Origin: Eledone cirrhosa
Taxonomy: Eukaryota
NCBI GenBank assembly: GCA_964016885.1
Contig: OZ024749.1
Coordinates: 19,716,001-19,780,000, forward strand
DNA length: 64,000 nucleotides
Direction of reading: 5' to 3'
This document shows positions 18,001-36,000 of this stretch, one piece after another. Made by a program: the position numbers and the translations under genes. Numbering within the stretch: position 1 is the stretch's first letter; each line of letters opens with the position of its first letter. Below the pieces are notes generated by a model. That model was not told where the DNA came from and did no database searches. It saw nothing but the letters and a program-made list of their open reading frames with translations.

Positions 18001-21000
18001 TATCTATACACTGTTAATGACTGTATTTACACTATCTATACACCGTTAATGACTGTATTTACACTATCTATACACTGTTAATGACTGTCTTAACATTATC
18101 TATACACAGTTAATGACTGTATTTACACTATCTATACATTGTTAATGACTGTATTTACACTATCTATACACTGTTAATGACTGTATTTACACTATCTATA
18201 CACTGTTAATGACTGTACTTACACTATCTATACACTGTTAATGACTGTATTTACACTATCTATACACTGTTAATGACTGTATTTACACTATCTATACACT
18301 GTTAATGACTGTATATACACTATCTATACACCGTTAATGACTGTATTTACACTATCTATACACCGTTAATGACTGTATTTACACTATCTATACACTGTTA
18401 ATGACTATTTACACTATCTATACACCGTTAATGACTGTATTTACACTATCTATACACTGTTAATGACTGTATTTACACTATCTATACACTGTTAATGACT
18501 GTATTTACACTATCTATACACCGTTAATGACTATTTACACTATCTATACACCGTTAATGACTGTATTTACACTATCTATACACCGTTAATGACTGTATTT
18601 ACACTATCTATACACCGTTAATGACTGTATTTACACTATCTATACACCGTTAATGACTGTATTTACACTATCTATACACCGTTAATGACTGTATTTACAC
18701 TATCTATAAACCGTTAATGACTGTATTTACACTATCTATACATTGTTAATGACTGTATTTACACTATCTATACACTGTTAATGACTATATTTACACTATC
18801 TATACACTGTTAATAACTGTATTTACACTATCTATACACTGTTAATGACTGTATTTACACTATCTATACATTGTTAATGACTGTATTTACACTATCTATA
18901 CACTGTTAATGACTGTATTTACACTATCTATACACTGTTAATGACTGTATTTACACTATCTATACACTGTTAATGACTGTATTTACACTATCTATACACT
19001 TTTAATGACTGTATTTACACTATCTATACACTGTTAATGACTGTATTTACACTATCTATACACCGTTAATGACTGTATTTACACTATCTATACACTGTTA
19101 ATGACTGTATTAACATTATCTATACACTGTTAATGACTGTATTTACACTATCTATACACCGTTAATGACTGTATTTACACTATCTATACACCGTTAATGA
19201 CTGTATTTACACTATCTATACACCGTTAATGACTGTATTTACACTATCTATACACTGTTAATGACTGTATTTACACTATCTATACACTGTTAATGACTGT
19301 ATTTACACTATCTATACATTGTTAATGACTGTATTTACACTATCTATACACCATTAATGACTGTATTTACACTATCTATACACTGTTAATGACTGTATTT
19401 ACACTATTTATACACTGTTAATGACTGTATTTACACTATCTATACACTGTTAATGACTGTATTTACACTATCTATACACTGTTAATGACTGTATTTACAC
19501 TATCTATACACCGTTAATGACTGTATTTACACTATCTATACACTGTTAATGACTGTATTAACATTATCTATACACTGTTAATGACTGTATTTACACTATC
19601 TATACACCGTTAATGACTGTATTTACACTATCTATACACCGTTAATGACTGTATTTACACTATCTATACACTGTTAATGACTGTATTTACACTATCTATA
19701 CACCGTTAATGACTGTATTTACACTATCTATACACTGTTCATGACTGTCTTAACATTATCTATACACTGTTAATGACTGTATTTACACTATCTAGACATT
19801 GTTAATGACTGTATTTACACTATCTATACACTGTTAATGACTGTACTTACACTATCTATACACTGTTAATGACTGTATTTACACTATCTATACATTATTA
19901 ATGACTGTATTTACACTATCTATACACTGTTAATGACTGTATATACACTATCTATACACCGTTAATGACTGTATTTACACTATCTATACATTATTAATGA
20001 CTGTATTTACACTATCTATACACTGTTAATGACTGTATTTACACAATCTATACACCGTTAATGACTGTAATTACACTATCTATACATTCTTAATGACTGT
20101 ATTTACACTATCTATACACTGTTAATGACTGTATTTACACTATCTATACACCGTTAATGACTGTATTTACACTATCTATACACTGTTAATGACTGTATTT
20201 ACACTATCTATACACTGTTAATGACTGTATTTACACTATCTATACACTGTTAATGACTGTATTTACACTATCTATACACCGTTAATGACTGTATTTACAC
20301 TATATATACACCGTTAATGACTGTATTTACACTATCTATACACCGTTAATGACTGTATTTACACTATCTATACACTGTTAATGACTGTACTTACACTATC
20401 TAAACACCGTTAATGACTGTATTTACAGTATCTATACACTGTTAATGACTGTATTTACACTATCTATACACCGTTAATGACTGTATTTACACTATCTATA
20501 CACTGTTAATGACTGTATTTACACTATCTATACACCGTTAATGACTGTATTTACACTATCTATACACTGTTAATGACTGTATTTACACTATCTATACACT
20601 GTTAATGACTGTATTTACACTATCTATACACCGTTAATGACTGTATTTACACTATCTATACACCGTTAATGACTGTATTTACACTATCTATACACCGTTA
20701 ATGACTGTATTTACACTATCTATACACCGTTAATGACTGTATTTACACTATCTATACACCGTTAATGACTGTATTTACACTATCTATACACCGTTAATGA
20801 CTGTATTTACACTATCTATAAACCGTTAATGACTGTATTTACACTATCTATACATTGTTAATGACTGTATTTACACTATCTATACACTGTTAATGACTAT
20901 ATTTACACTATCTATACACTGTTAATAACTGTATTTACACTATCTATACACTGTTAATGACTGTATTTACACTATCTATACATTGTTAATGACTGTATTT

Positions 21001-24000
21001 ACACTATCTATACACTGTTAATGACTGTATTTACACTATCTATACACTGTTAATGACTGTATTTACACTATCTATACACTGTTAATGACTGTATTTACAC
21101 TATCTATACACTGTTAATGACTGTATTTACACTATCTATACACTGTTAATGACTGTATTTACACTATCTATACACCGTTAATGACTGTATTTACACTATC
21201 TATACACTGTTAATGACTGTCTTAACATTATCTATACACTGTTAATGACTGTATTTACACTATCTATACACCGTTAATGACTGTATTTACACTATCTATA
21301 CACCGTTAATGACTGTATTTACACTATCTATACACTGTTAATGACTGTATTAACATTATCTATACACTGTTAATGACTGTATTTACACTATCTATACACC
21401 GTTAATGACTGTATTTACACTATCTATACACCGTTAATGACTGTATTTACACTATCTATACACCGTTTATGACTATTTACACTATCTATACACTGTTAAT
21501 GACTGTATTTACACTATCTATACACCGTTAATGACTGTATTTACACTATCTATACACTGTTAATGACTGTCTTAACATTATCTATACACAGTTAATGACT
21601 GTATTTACACTATCTATACATTGTTAATGACTGTATTTACACTATCTATACACTGTTAATGACTGTATTTACACTATCTATACACTGTTAATGACTGTAC
21701 TTACACTATCTATACACTGTTAATGACTGTATTTACACTATCTATACACTGTTAATGACTGTATTTACACTATCTATACACTGTTAATGACTGTATATAC
21801 ACTATCTATACACCGTTAATGACTGTATTTACACTATCTATACACCGTTAATGACTGTATTTACACTATCTATACACTGTTAATGACTATTTACACTATC
21901 TATACACCGTTAATGACTGTATTTACACTATCTATACACTGTTAATGACTGTATTTACACTATCTATACACTGTTAATGACTGTATTTACACTATCTATA
22001 CACCGTTAATGACTATTTACACTATCTATACACCGTTAATGACTGTATTTACACTATCTATACACCGTTAATGACTGTATTTACACTATCTATACACCGT
22101 TAATGACTGTATTTACACTATCTATACACCGTTAATGACTGTATTTACACTATCTATACACCGTTAATGACTGTATTTACACTATCTATAAACCGTTAAT
22201 GACTGTATTTACACTATCTATACATTGTTAATGACTGTATTTACACTATCTATACACTGTTAATGACTGTATTTACACTATCTATACACTGTTAATGACT
22301 GTATTTACACTATCTATACACTGTTAATGACTGTATTTACACTATCTATACACCGTTAATGACTGTATTTACACTATCTATACACTGTTAATGACTGTAT
22401 TAACATTATCTATACACTGTTAATGACTGTATTTACACTATCTATACACCGTTAATGACTGTATTTACACTATCTATACACCGTTAATGACTGTATTTAC
22501 ACTATCTATACACCGTTAATGACTGTATTTACACTATCTATACACTGTTAATGACTGTATTTACACTATCTATACACTGTTAATGACTGTATTTACACTA
22601 TCTATACATTGTTAATGACTGTATTTACACTATCTATACACCATTAATGACTGTATTTACACTATCTATACACTGTTAATGACTGTATTTACACTATTTA
22701 TACACTGTTAATGACTGTATTTACACTATCTATACACTGTTAATGACTGTATTTACACTATCTATACACTGTTAATGACTGTATTTACACTATCTATACA
22801 CCGTTAATGACTGTATTTACACTATCTATACACTGTTAATGACTGTATTAACATTATCTATACACTGTTAATGACTGTATTTACACTATCTATACACCGT
22901 TAATGACTGTATTTACACTATCTATACACCGTTAATGACTGTATTTACACTATCTATACACTGTTAATGACTGTATTTACACTATCTATACACCGTTAAT
23001 GACTGTATTTACACTATCTATACACTGTTCATGACTGTCTTAACATTATCTATACACTGTTAATGACTGTATTTACACTATCTAGACACTGTTAATGACT
23101 GTATTTACACTATCTATACACTGTTAATGACTGTATATACACTATCTATACACCGTTAATGACTGTATTTACACTATCTATACACTGTTAATGACTGTAT
23201 TTACACTATCTATACACCGTTAATGACTGTATTTACACTATCTATACACTGTTAATGACTGTATTTACACAATCTATACACCGTTAATGACTGTAATTAC
23301 ACTATCTATACATTCTTAATGACTGTATTTACACTATCTATACACTGTTAATGACTGTATTTACACTATCTATACACCGTTAATGACTGTATTTACACTA
23401 TCTATACACTGTTCATGACTGTCTTAACATTATCTATACACTGTTAATGACTGTATTTACACTATCTATACACTGTTAATGACTGTATTTACACTATCTA
23501 TACACTGTTAATGACTGTATATACACTATCTATACACCGTTAATGACTGTATTTACACTATCTATACACTGTTAATGACTGTATTTACACTATCTATACA
23601 CCGTTAATGACTGTATTTACACTATCTATACACTGTTAATGACTGTATTTACACAATCTATACACCGTTAATGACTGTAATTACACTATCTATACATTCT
23701 TAATGACTGTATTTACACTATCTATACACTGTTAATGACTGTATTTACACTATCTATACACCGTTAATGACTGTATTTACACTATCTATACACTGTTAAT
23801 GACTGTATTTACACTATCTATACACTGTTAATGACTGTATTTACACTATCTATACACTGTTAATGACTGTATTTACACTATCTATACACCGTTAATGACT
23901 GTATTTACACTATATATACACCGTTAATGACTGTATTTACACTATCTATACACCGTTAATGACTGTATTTACACTATCTATACACTGTTAATGACTGTAC

Positions 24001-27000
24001 TTACACTATCTAAACACCGTTAATGACTGTATTTACAGTATCTATACACTGTTAATGACTGTATTTACACTATCTATACACCGTTAATGACTGTATTTAC
24101 ACTATCTATACACTGTTAATGACTGTATTTACACTACTATACACCGTTAATGACTGTATTTACACTATCTATACACTGTTAATGACTGTATTTACACTAT
24201 CTATACACTGTTAAGACTGTATTTACACTATCTATACACCGTTAATGACTGTATTTACACTATCTATACACCGTTAATGACTGTATTTACACTATCTATA
24301 CACCGTTAATGACTGTATTTACACTATCTATACACCGTTAATGACTGTATTACACTATCTATACATTGTTAATGACTGTATTTACACTATCTATACACTG
24401 TTAATGACTGTATTTACACTATCTATACACTGTTAATGACTGTATTTACACTATCTATACACTGTTAATGACTGTATTTACACTATCTATACACCGTTAA
24501 TGACTGTATTTACACTATCTATACACTGTTAATGACTGTATTAACATTATCTATACACTGTTAATGACTGTATTTACCTATCTATACACGTTAATGACTG
24601 TATTTACACTATCTATACACCGTTAATGACTGTATTTACACTATCTATACACCGTTAATGACTGTATTTACACTATCTATACACTGTTAATGACTGTATT
24701 TACACTATCTATACACTGTTAATGACTGTATTTACACTATCTATACATTGTTAATGACTGTATTTACACTATCTATACACCATTAATGACTGTATTTACA
24801 CTATATACTACCCTGTTAATGACTGTATTTACACTATTTATACACTGTTAATGACTGTATTTACACTATCTATACACTGTTAATGACTGTATTTACACTA
24901 TCTATACACTGTTAATTGACTGTATTTACACTATCTATACCCGTTAATGACTGTATTTACACTATCTATACACTGTTAATGACTGTATTAACATATCTAT
25001 ACACTGTTAATGACTGTATTTACACTATCTATACACCGTTAATGACTGTATTTACACTATCTATACACCGTTAATGACTGTATTTACACTATCTATACAC
25101 TGTTAATGACTGTATTTACACTATCTATACACCTGTTAATGACTGTATTTACACTATCTATACACTGTTCATGACTGTCTTTACATTATCTATACACTGT
25201 TAATGACTGTATTTACACTATCTAGACACTGTTAATGACTGTATTTACACTATCTATACACTGTTAATGACTGTATATACACTATCTATACACCGTTAAT
25301 GACTGTATTTACACTATCTATACACTGTTAATGACTGTATTTACACTATCTATACACCGTAATGACTGTAATTTACACTATCTATACACTGTTAATGACT
25401 GTATTTACACAATCTATACACCGTTAATGACTGTAATTACACTATCTATACATTCTTAATGACTGTATTTACACTATCTATACACTGTTAATGACTGTAT
25501 TTACACTATCTATACACCGTTAATGACTGTATTTACACTATCTATACACTGTTCATGACTGTCTTAAACATTATCTATACACTGTTAATGACTGTATTTA
25601 ACTATCTATACACTGTTAATGACTGTATTTACACTATCTATACACTGTCAATGACTGTATATACACTATCTATACACCGTTAATGACTGTATTTACACTA
25701 TCTATACACTGTTAATGACTGTATTTACACTATCTATACACCGTTAATGACTGTATTTACACTATCTATACACTGTTAATGACTGTATTTACACAATCTA
25801 TACACGTTAATGACTGTAATTACACTATCTATACATTCTTAATGACTGTATTTACACTATCTATACACTGATAATGACTGTATTTACACTATCTATACAC
25901 GTTAATGACTGTATTTACACTATCTATACACTGTTAATGACTGTATTACACTATCTATACACTGTTAATGACTGTATTTACACTATCTATACACTGTTAA
26001 TGACTGTATTTACACTATCTATACACCGTTAATGACTGTATTTACACTATATATACACCGTTAATGACTGTATTTACACTATCTATACACCGTTAATGAC
26101 TGTATTTTACACTATCTATACACTGTTAATGACTGTACTTACACTATCTAAACACCGTTAATGACTGTATTTACAGTATCTATACACTGTTAATGACTGT
26201 ATTTACACTATCTATACACCGTTAATGACTGTATTTACACTATCTATACACTGTTAATGACTGTATTTACACTATCTATACACACGTTAATGACTGTATT
26301 TACACTATCTATACACTGTTAATGACTGTATTTACACTATCTATACACTGTTAATGACTGTATTTACACTATCTATACACCGTTAATGACTGTATTTACA
26401 CTATCTATACACCGTTAATGACTGTATTTACACTATCTATACACCGTTAATGACTGTATTTACACTATCTATACAACCGTTAATGACTGTATTTTACACT
26501 ATCTATACACCGTTAATGACTGTATATACACTATCTATACACGTTAATGACTGTATTTACACTATCTATAAACCGTTAATGACTGTATTTACACTATCTA
26601 TACATTGTTATTGACTGTATTTACACTATCTATACACTGTTAATGACTATATTTACACTATCTATACACTGTTAATAACGTATTTACACTATCTATACAC
26701 TGTTAATGACTGTATTTACACTATCTATACATTGTTAATGACTGTATTTACACTATCTATACACTGTTAATGACTGTATTTACACTATCTATACACTGTT
26801 AATGACTGTATTTACACTATCTATACACTGTTAATGACTGTATTTACACTATCTATACACTGTTAATGACTGTATTACACTATCTATACACTGTTAATGA
26901 CTGTATTTACACTATCTATACACCGTTAATGACTGTATTTACACTATCTATACACTGTTAATGACTGTATTAACATTATCTATACACTGTTAATGACTGT

Positions 27001-30000
27001 ATTTACACTATCTATACACCGTTAATGACTGTATTTACACTATCTATACACCGTTAATGACTGTATTTACACTATCTATACACCGTTAATGACTGTATTT
27101 ACACTATCTATACACTGTTAATGACTGTATTAACATTATCTATACACTGTTAATGACTGTATTTACACTATCTATACACCGTTAATGACTGTATTTACAC
27201 TATCTATACACCGTTAATGACTGTATTTACACTATCTATACACCGTTTATGACTATTTACACTATCTATACACTGTTAATGACTGTATTTACACTATCTA
27301 TACACCGTTAATGACTGTATTTACACTATCTATACACTGTTAATGACTGTCTTAACATTATCTATACACAGTTAATGACTGTATTTACACTATCTATACA
27401 TTGTTAATGACTGTATTTACACTATCTATACACTGTTAATGACTGTATTTACACTATCTATACACTGTTAATGACTGTACTTACACTATCTATACACTGT
27501 TAATGACTGTATTTACACTATCTATACACTGTTAATGACTGTATTTACACTATCTATACACTGTTAATGACTGTATATACACTATCTATACACCGTTAAT
27601 GACTGTATTTACACTATCTATACACCGTTAATGACTGTATTTACACTATCTATACACTGTTAATGACTATTTACACTATCTATACACCGTTAATGACTGT
27701 ATTTACACTATCTATACACTGTTAATGACTGTATTTACACTATCTATACACTGTTAATGACTGTATTTACACTATCTATACACCGTTAATGACTATTTAC
27801 ACTATCTATACACCGTTAATGACTGTATTTACACTATCTATACACCGTTAATGACTGTATTTACACTATCTATACACCGTTAATGACTGTATTTACACTA
27901 TCTATACACGTTAATGACTGTATTTACACTATCTATACACCGTTAATGACTGTATTTACACTATCTATAAACCGTTAATGACTGTATTTACACTATCTAT
28001 ACATTGTTAATGACTGTATTTACACTATCTATACACTGTTAATGACTATATTTACACTATCTATACACTGTTAATAACTGTATTTACACTATCTATACAC
28101 TGTTAATGACTGTATTTACACTATCTATACATTGTTAATGACTGTATTTACACTATCTATACACTGTTAATGACTGTATTTACACTATCTATACACTGTT
28201 AATGACTGTATTTACACTATCTATACACTGTTAATGACTGTATTTACACTATCTATACACTTTTAATGACTGTATTTACACTATCTATACACTGTTAATG
28301 ACTGTATTTACACTATCTATACACCGTTAATGACTGTATTTACACTATCTATACACTGTTAATGACTGTATTAACATTATCTATACACTGTTAATGACTG
28401 TATTTACACTATCTATACACCGTTAATGACTGTATTTACACTATCTATACACCGTTAATGACTGTATTTACACTATCTATACACCGTTAATGACTGTATT
28501 TACACTATCTATACACTGTTAATGACTGTATTTACACTATCTATACACTGTTAATGACTGTATTTACACTATCTATACATTGTTAATGACTGTATTTACA
28601 CTATCTATACACCATTAATGACTGTATTTACACTATCTATACACTGTTAATGACTGTATTTACACTATTTATACACTGTTAATGACTGTATTTACACTAT
28701 CTATACACTGTTAATGACTGTATTTACACTATCTATACACTGTTAATGACTGTATTTACACTATCTATACACCGTTAATGACTGTATTTACACTATCTAT
28801 ACACTGTTAATGACTGTATTAACATTATCTATACACTGTTAATGACTGTATTTACACTATCTATACACCGTTAATGACTGTATTTACACTATCTATACAC
28901 CGTTAATGACTGTATTTACACTATCTATACACTGTTAATGACTGTATTTACACTATCTATACACCGTTAATGACTGTATTTACACTATCTATACACTGTT
29001 CATGACTGTCTTAACATTATCTATACACTGTTAATGACTGTATTTACACTATCTAGACATTGTTAATGACTGTATTTACACTATCTATACACTGTTAATG
29101 ACTGTACTTACACTATCTATACACTGTTAATGACTGTATTTACACTATCTATACACTGTTAATGACTGTATTTACACTATCTATACACTGTTAATGACTG
29201 TATTTACACTATCTATACACTGTTAATGACTGTATTTACACTATCTATACACCGTTAATGACTGTATTTACACTATCTATACACTGTTAATGACTGTATT
29301 AACATTATCTATACACTGTTAATGACTGTATTTACACTATCTATACACCGTTAATGACTGTATTTACACTATCTATACACCGTTAATGACTGTATTTACA
29401 CTATCTATACACCGTTAATGACTGTATTTACACTATCTATACACTGTTAATGACTGTATTTACACTATCTATACACTGTTAATGACTGTATTTACACTAT
29501 CTATACATTGTTAATGACTGTATTTACACTATCTATACACCATTGACTGTATTTACACTATCTATACACTGTTAATGACTGTATTTACACTATTTATACA
29601 CTGTTAATGACTGTATTTACACTATCTATACACTGTTAATGACTGTATTTACACTATCTATACACTGTTAATGACTGTATTTACACTATCTATACACCGT
29701 TACTGACTGTATTTACACTATCTATACACTGTTAATGACTGTATTAACATTATCTATACACTGTTAATGACTGTATTTATACTATCTATACACCGTTAAT
29801 GACTGTATTTACACTATCTATACACCGTTAATGACTGTATTTACACTATCTATACACTGTTAATGACTGTATTTACACTATCTATACACCGTTAATGACT
29901 GTATTTACACTATCTATACACTGTTAATGACTGTCTTAACATTATCTATACACTGTTAATGACTGTATTTACACTATCTAGACATTGTTAATGACTGTAT

Positions 30001-33000
30001 TTACACTATCTATACACTGTTAATGACTGTACTTACACTATCTATACACTGTTAATGACTGTATTTACACTATCTATACACTGTTAATGACTATTTACAC
30101 TATCTATACACTGTTAATGACTGTATATACACTATATATACACCGTTAATGACTGTATTTACACTATCTATACACTGTTAATGACTGTATTTACACTATC
30201 TATACACCGTTAATGACTGTATTTACACTATCTATACACTGTTAATGACTGTATTTACACAATCTATACACCGTTAATGACTGTAATTACACTATCTATA
30301 CATTGTTAATGACTGTATCTACACTATCTATACACTGTTAATGACTGTATTTACACTATCTATACACCGTTAATGACTGTAGTTACACTATCTATACACT
30401 GTTAATGACTGTATTTACACTATCTATACACTGTTAATGACTGTATTTACACTATCTATACACTGTTAATGACTGTATTTACACTATCTATACACCGTTA
30501 ATGACTGTATTTACACTATCTATACACCGTTAATGACTGTATTTACACTATCTATACACCGTTAATGACTGTATTTACACTATCTATACACCTTTAATGA
30601 CTGTATTTACACTATCTATACATTGTTAATGACTTTATTTACACTATCTATACACTGTTAATGACTGTATTTACACTATCTATACACTGTTAATGACTGT
30701 ATTTACACTATCTATACATTGTTAATGACTGTATTTACACTATCTATACACTGTTAATGACTGTATTTACACTATCTATACACTGTTAATGACTGTATTT
30801 ACACTATCTATACACTGTTAATGACTGTATTTACACCATCTATACACTGTTAATGACTGTATTTACACTATCTATACACTATTAATGACTGTATTTACAC
30901 TATCTATACATTGTTAATGACTGTATTTACACTATCTATACACTGTTAATGACTGTATTTACACTATCTATACACTGTTAATGACTGTATTTACACTATC
31001 TATACACTGTTAATGACTGTATTTACACTATTTGTACATTGTTAATGACTGTTTTTTACACTATCTATACACTGTTAATGACTGTATTTACACTATCTAT
31101 ACACTGTTAATGACTGTATTTACACTATCTATACACTGTTAATGACTGTATTTACACTATCTATACACTGTTAATGACTGTATTTACACTATCTATACAC
31201 CGTTAATGACTGTATTTACACTATCTATACACTGTTAATGACTGTATTAACATTATCTATACACTGTTAATGACTGTATTTACACTATCTATACATTGTT
31301 AATGACTGTATTTACACTATCTATACACTGTTAATGACTGTATTTACACTATCTATACACCGTTAATGACTGTATTTACACTATCTATACACTGTTAATG
31401 ACTGTATTTACACAATCTATACACCGTTAATGACTGTATTTACACTATCTATACACCGTTAATGACTGTATTTACACTATCTATACACCGTTAATGACTG
31501 TATTTACACTATCTATACACCGTTAATGACTGTATTTACACTATCTATACACCGTTAATGACTGTATTTACACTATCTATAAACCGTTAATGACTGTATT
31601 TACACTATCTATACATTGTTAATGACTGTATTTACACTATCTATACACTGTTAATGACTATATTTACACTATCTATACACTGTTAATAACTGTATTTACA
31701 CTATCTATACACTGTTAATGACTGTATTTACACTATCTATAAACCGTTAATGACTGTATTTACACTATCTATACATTGTTAATGACTGTATTTACACTAT
31801 CTATACACTGTTAATGACTATATTTACACTATCTATACACTGTTAATAACTGTATTTACACTATCTATACATTGTTAATGACTGTATTTACACTATCTAT
31901 ACACTGTTAATGACTGTATTTACACTATCTATACACTGTTCATGACTGTCTTAACATTATCTATACACTGTTAATGACTGTATTTACACTATCTATACAC
32001 TGTTAATGACTGTATTTACACTATCTATACACTGTTAATGACTGTATATACACTATCTATACACCGTTAATGACTGTATTTACACTATCTATACACTGTT
32101 AATGACTGTATTTACACTATCTATACACCGTTAATGACTGTATTTACACTATCTATACACTGTTAATGACTGTATTTACACAATCTATACACCGTTAATG
32201 ACTGTAATTACACTATCTATACATTCTTAATGACTGTATTTACACTATCTATACACTGTTAATGACTGTATTTACACTATCTATACACCGTTAATGACTG
32301 TATTTACACTATCTATACACTGTTAATGACTGTATTTACACTATCTATACACTGTTAATGACTGTATTTACACTATCTATACACTGTTAATGACTGTATT
32401 TACACTATCTATACACCGTTAATGACTGTATTTACACTATATATACACCGTTAATGACTGTATTTACACTATCTATACACCGTTAATGACTGTATTTACA
32501 CTATCTATACACTGTTAATGACTGTACTTACACTATCTAAACACCGTTAATGACTGTATTTACAGTATCTATACACTGTTAATGACTGTATTTACACTAT
32601 CTATACACCGTTAATGACTGTATTTACACTATCTATACACTGTTAATGACTGTATTTACACTATCTATACACCGTTAATGACTGTATTTACACTATCTAT
32701 ACACTGTTAATGACTGTATTTACACTATCTATACACTGTTAATGACTGTATTTACACTATCTATACACCGTTAATGACTGTATTTACACTATCTATACAC
32801 CGTTAATGACTGTATTTACACTATCTATACACCGTTAATGACTGTATTTACACTATCTATACACCGTTAATGACTGTATTTACACTATCTATACACCGTT
32901 AATGACTGTATTTACACTATCTATACACCGTTAATGACTGTATTTACACTATCTATAAACCGTTAATGACTGTATTTACACTATCTATACATTGTTAATG

Positions 33001-36000
33001 ACTGTATTTACACTATCTATACACTGTTAATGACTATATTTACACTATCTATACACTGTTAATAACTGTATTTACACTATCTATACACTGTTAATGACTG
33101 TATTTACACTATCTATACATTGTTAATGACTGTATTTACACTATCTATACACTGTTAATGACTGTATTTACACTATCTATACACTGTTAATGACTGTATT
33201 TACACTATCTATACACTGTTAATGACTGTATTTACACTATCTATACACTGTTAATGACTGTATTTACACTATCTATACACTGTTAATGACTGTATTTACA
33301 CTATCTATACACCGTTAATGACTGTATTTACACTATCTATACACTGTTAATGACTGTATTAACATTATCTATACACTGTTAATGACTGTATTTACACTAT
33401 CTATACACCGTTAATGACTGTATTTACACTATCTATACACCGTTAATGACTGTATTTACACTATCTATACACCGTTAATGACTGTATTTACACTATCTAT
33501 ACACTGTTAATGACTGTATTAACATTATCTATACACTGTTAATGACTGTATTTACACTATCTATACACCGTTAATGACTGTATTTACACTATCTATACAC
33601 CGTTAATGACTGTATTTACACTATCTATACACCGTTTATGACTATTTACACTATCTATACACTGTTAATGACTGTATTTACACTATCTATACACCGTTAA
33701 TGACTGTATTTACACTATCTATACACTGTTAATGACTGTCTTAACATTATCTATACACAGTTAATGACTGTATTTACACTATCTATACATTGTTAATGAC
33801 TGTATTTACACTATCTATACACTGTTAATGACTGTATTTACACTATCTATACACTGTTAATGACTGTACTTACACTATCTATACACTGTTAATGACTGTA
33901 TTTACACTATCTATACACTGTTAATGACTGTATTTACACTATCTATACACTGTTAATGACTGTATATACACTATCTATACACCGTTAATGACTGTATTTA
34001 CACTATCTATACACCGTTAATGACTGTATTTACACTATCTATACACTGTTAATGACTATTTACACTATCTATACACCGTTAATGACTGTATTTACACTAT
34101 CTATACACTGTTAATGACTGTATTTACACTATCTATACACTGTTAATGACTGTATTTACACTATCTATACACCGTTAATGACTATTTACACTATCTATAC
34201 ACCGTTAATGACTGTATTTACACTATCTATACACCGTTAATGACTGTATTTACACTATCTATACACCGTTAATGACTGTATTTACACTATCTATACACCG
34301 TTAATGACTGTATTTACACTATCTATACACCGTTAATGACTGTATTTACACTATCTATAAACCGTTAATGACTGTATTTACACTATCTATACATTGTTAA
34401 TGACTGTATTTACACTATCTATACACTGTTAATGACTATATTTACACTATCTATACACTGTTAATAACTGTATTTACACTATCTATACACTGTTAATGAC
34501 TGTATTTACACTATCTATACATTGTTAATGACTGTATTTACACTATCTATACACTGTTAATGACTGTATTTACACTATCTATACACTGTTAATGACTGTA
34601 TTTACACTATCTATACACTGTTAATGACTGTATTTACACTATCTATACACTTTTAATGACTGTATTTACACTATCTATACACTGTTAATGACTGTATTTA
34701 CACTATCTATACACCGTTAATGACTGTATTTACACTATCTATACACTGTTAATGACTGTATTAACATTATCTATACACTGTTAATGACTGTATTTACACT
34801 ATCTATACACCGTTAATGACTGTATTTACACTATCTATACACCGTTAATGACTGTATTTACACTATCTATACACCGTTAATGACTGTATTTACACTATCT
34901 ATACACTGTTAATGACTGTATTTACACTATCTATACACTGTTAATGACTGTATTTACACTATCTATACATTGTTAATGACTGTATTTACACTATCTATAC
35001 ACCATTAATGACTGTATTTACACTATCTATACACTGTTAATGACTGTATTTACACTATTTATACACTGTTAATGACTGTATTTACACTATCTATACACTG
35101 TTAATGACTGTATTTACACTATCTATACACTGTTAATGACTGTATTTACACTATCTATACACCGTTAATGACTGTATTTACACTATCTATACACTGTTAA
35201 TGACTGTATTAACATTATCTATACACTGTTAATGACTGTATTTACACTATCTATACACCGTTAATGACTGTATTTACACTATCTATACACCGTTAATGAC
35301 TGTATTTACACTATCTATACACTGTTAATGACTGTATTTACACTATCTATACACCGTTAATGACTGTATTTACACTATCTATACACTGTTAATGACTGTA
35401 TTAACATTATCTATACACTGTTAATGACTGTATTTACACTATCTAGACATTGTTAATGACTGTATTTACACTATCTATACACTGTTAATGACTGTACTTA
35501 CACTATCTATACACTGTTAATGACTGTATTTACACTATCTATACATTATTAATGACTGTATTTACACTATCTATACACTGTTAATGACTGTATATACACT
35601 ATCTATACACCGTTAATGACTGTATTTACACTATCTATACACTGTTAATGACTGTATTTACACTATCTATACACCGTTAATGACTGTATTTACACTATCT
35701 ATACACTGTTAATGACTGTATTTACACAATCTATACACCGTTAATGACTGTATTTACACTATCTATACACCGTTAATGACTGTATTTACACTATCTATAC
35801 ACCGTTAATGACTGTATTTACACTATCTATACACCGTTAATGACTGTATTTACACTATCTATAAACCGTTAATGACTGTATTTACACTATCTATACACTG
35901 TTAATAACTGTATTTACACTATCTATACACTGTTAATGACTGTATTTACACTATCTATACATTGTTAATGACTGTATTTACACTATCTATACACTGTTAA

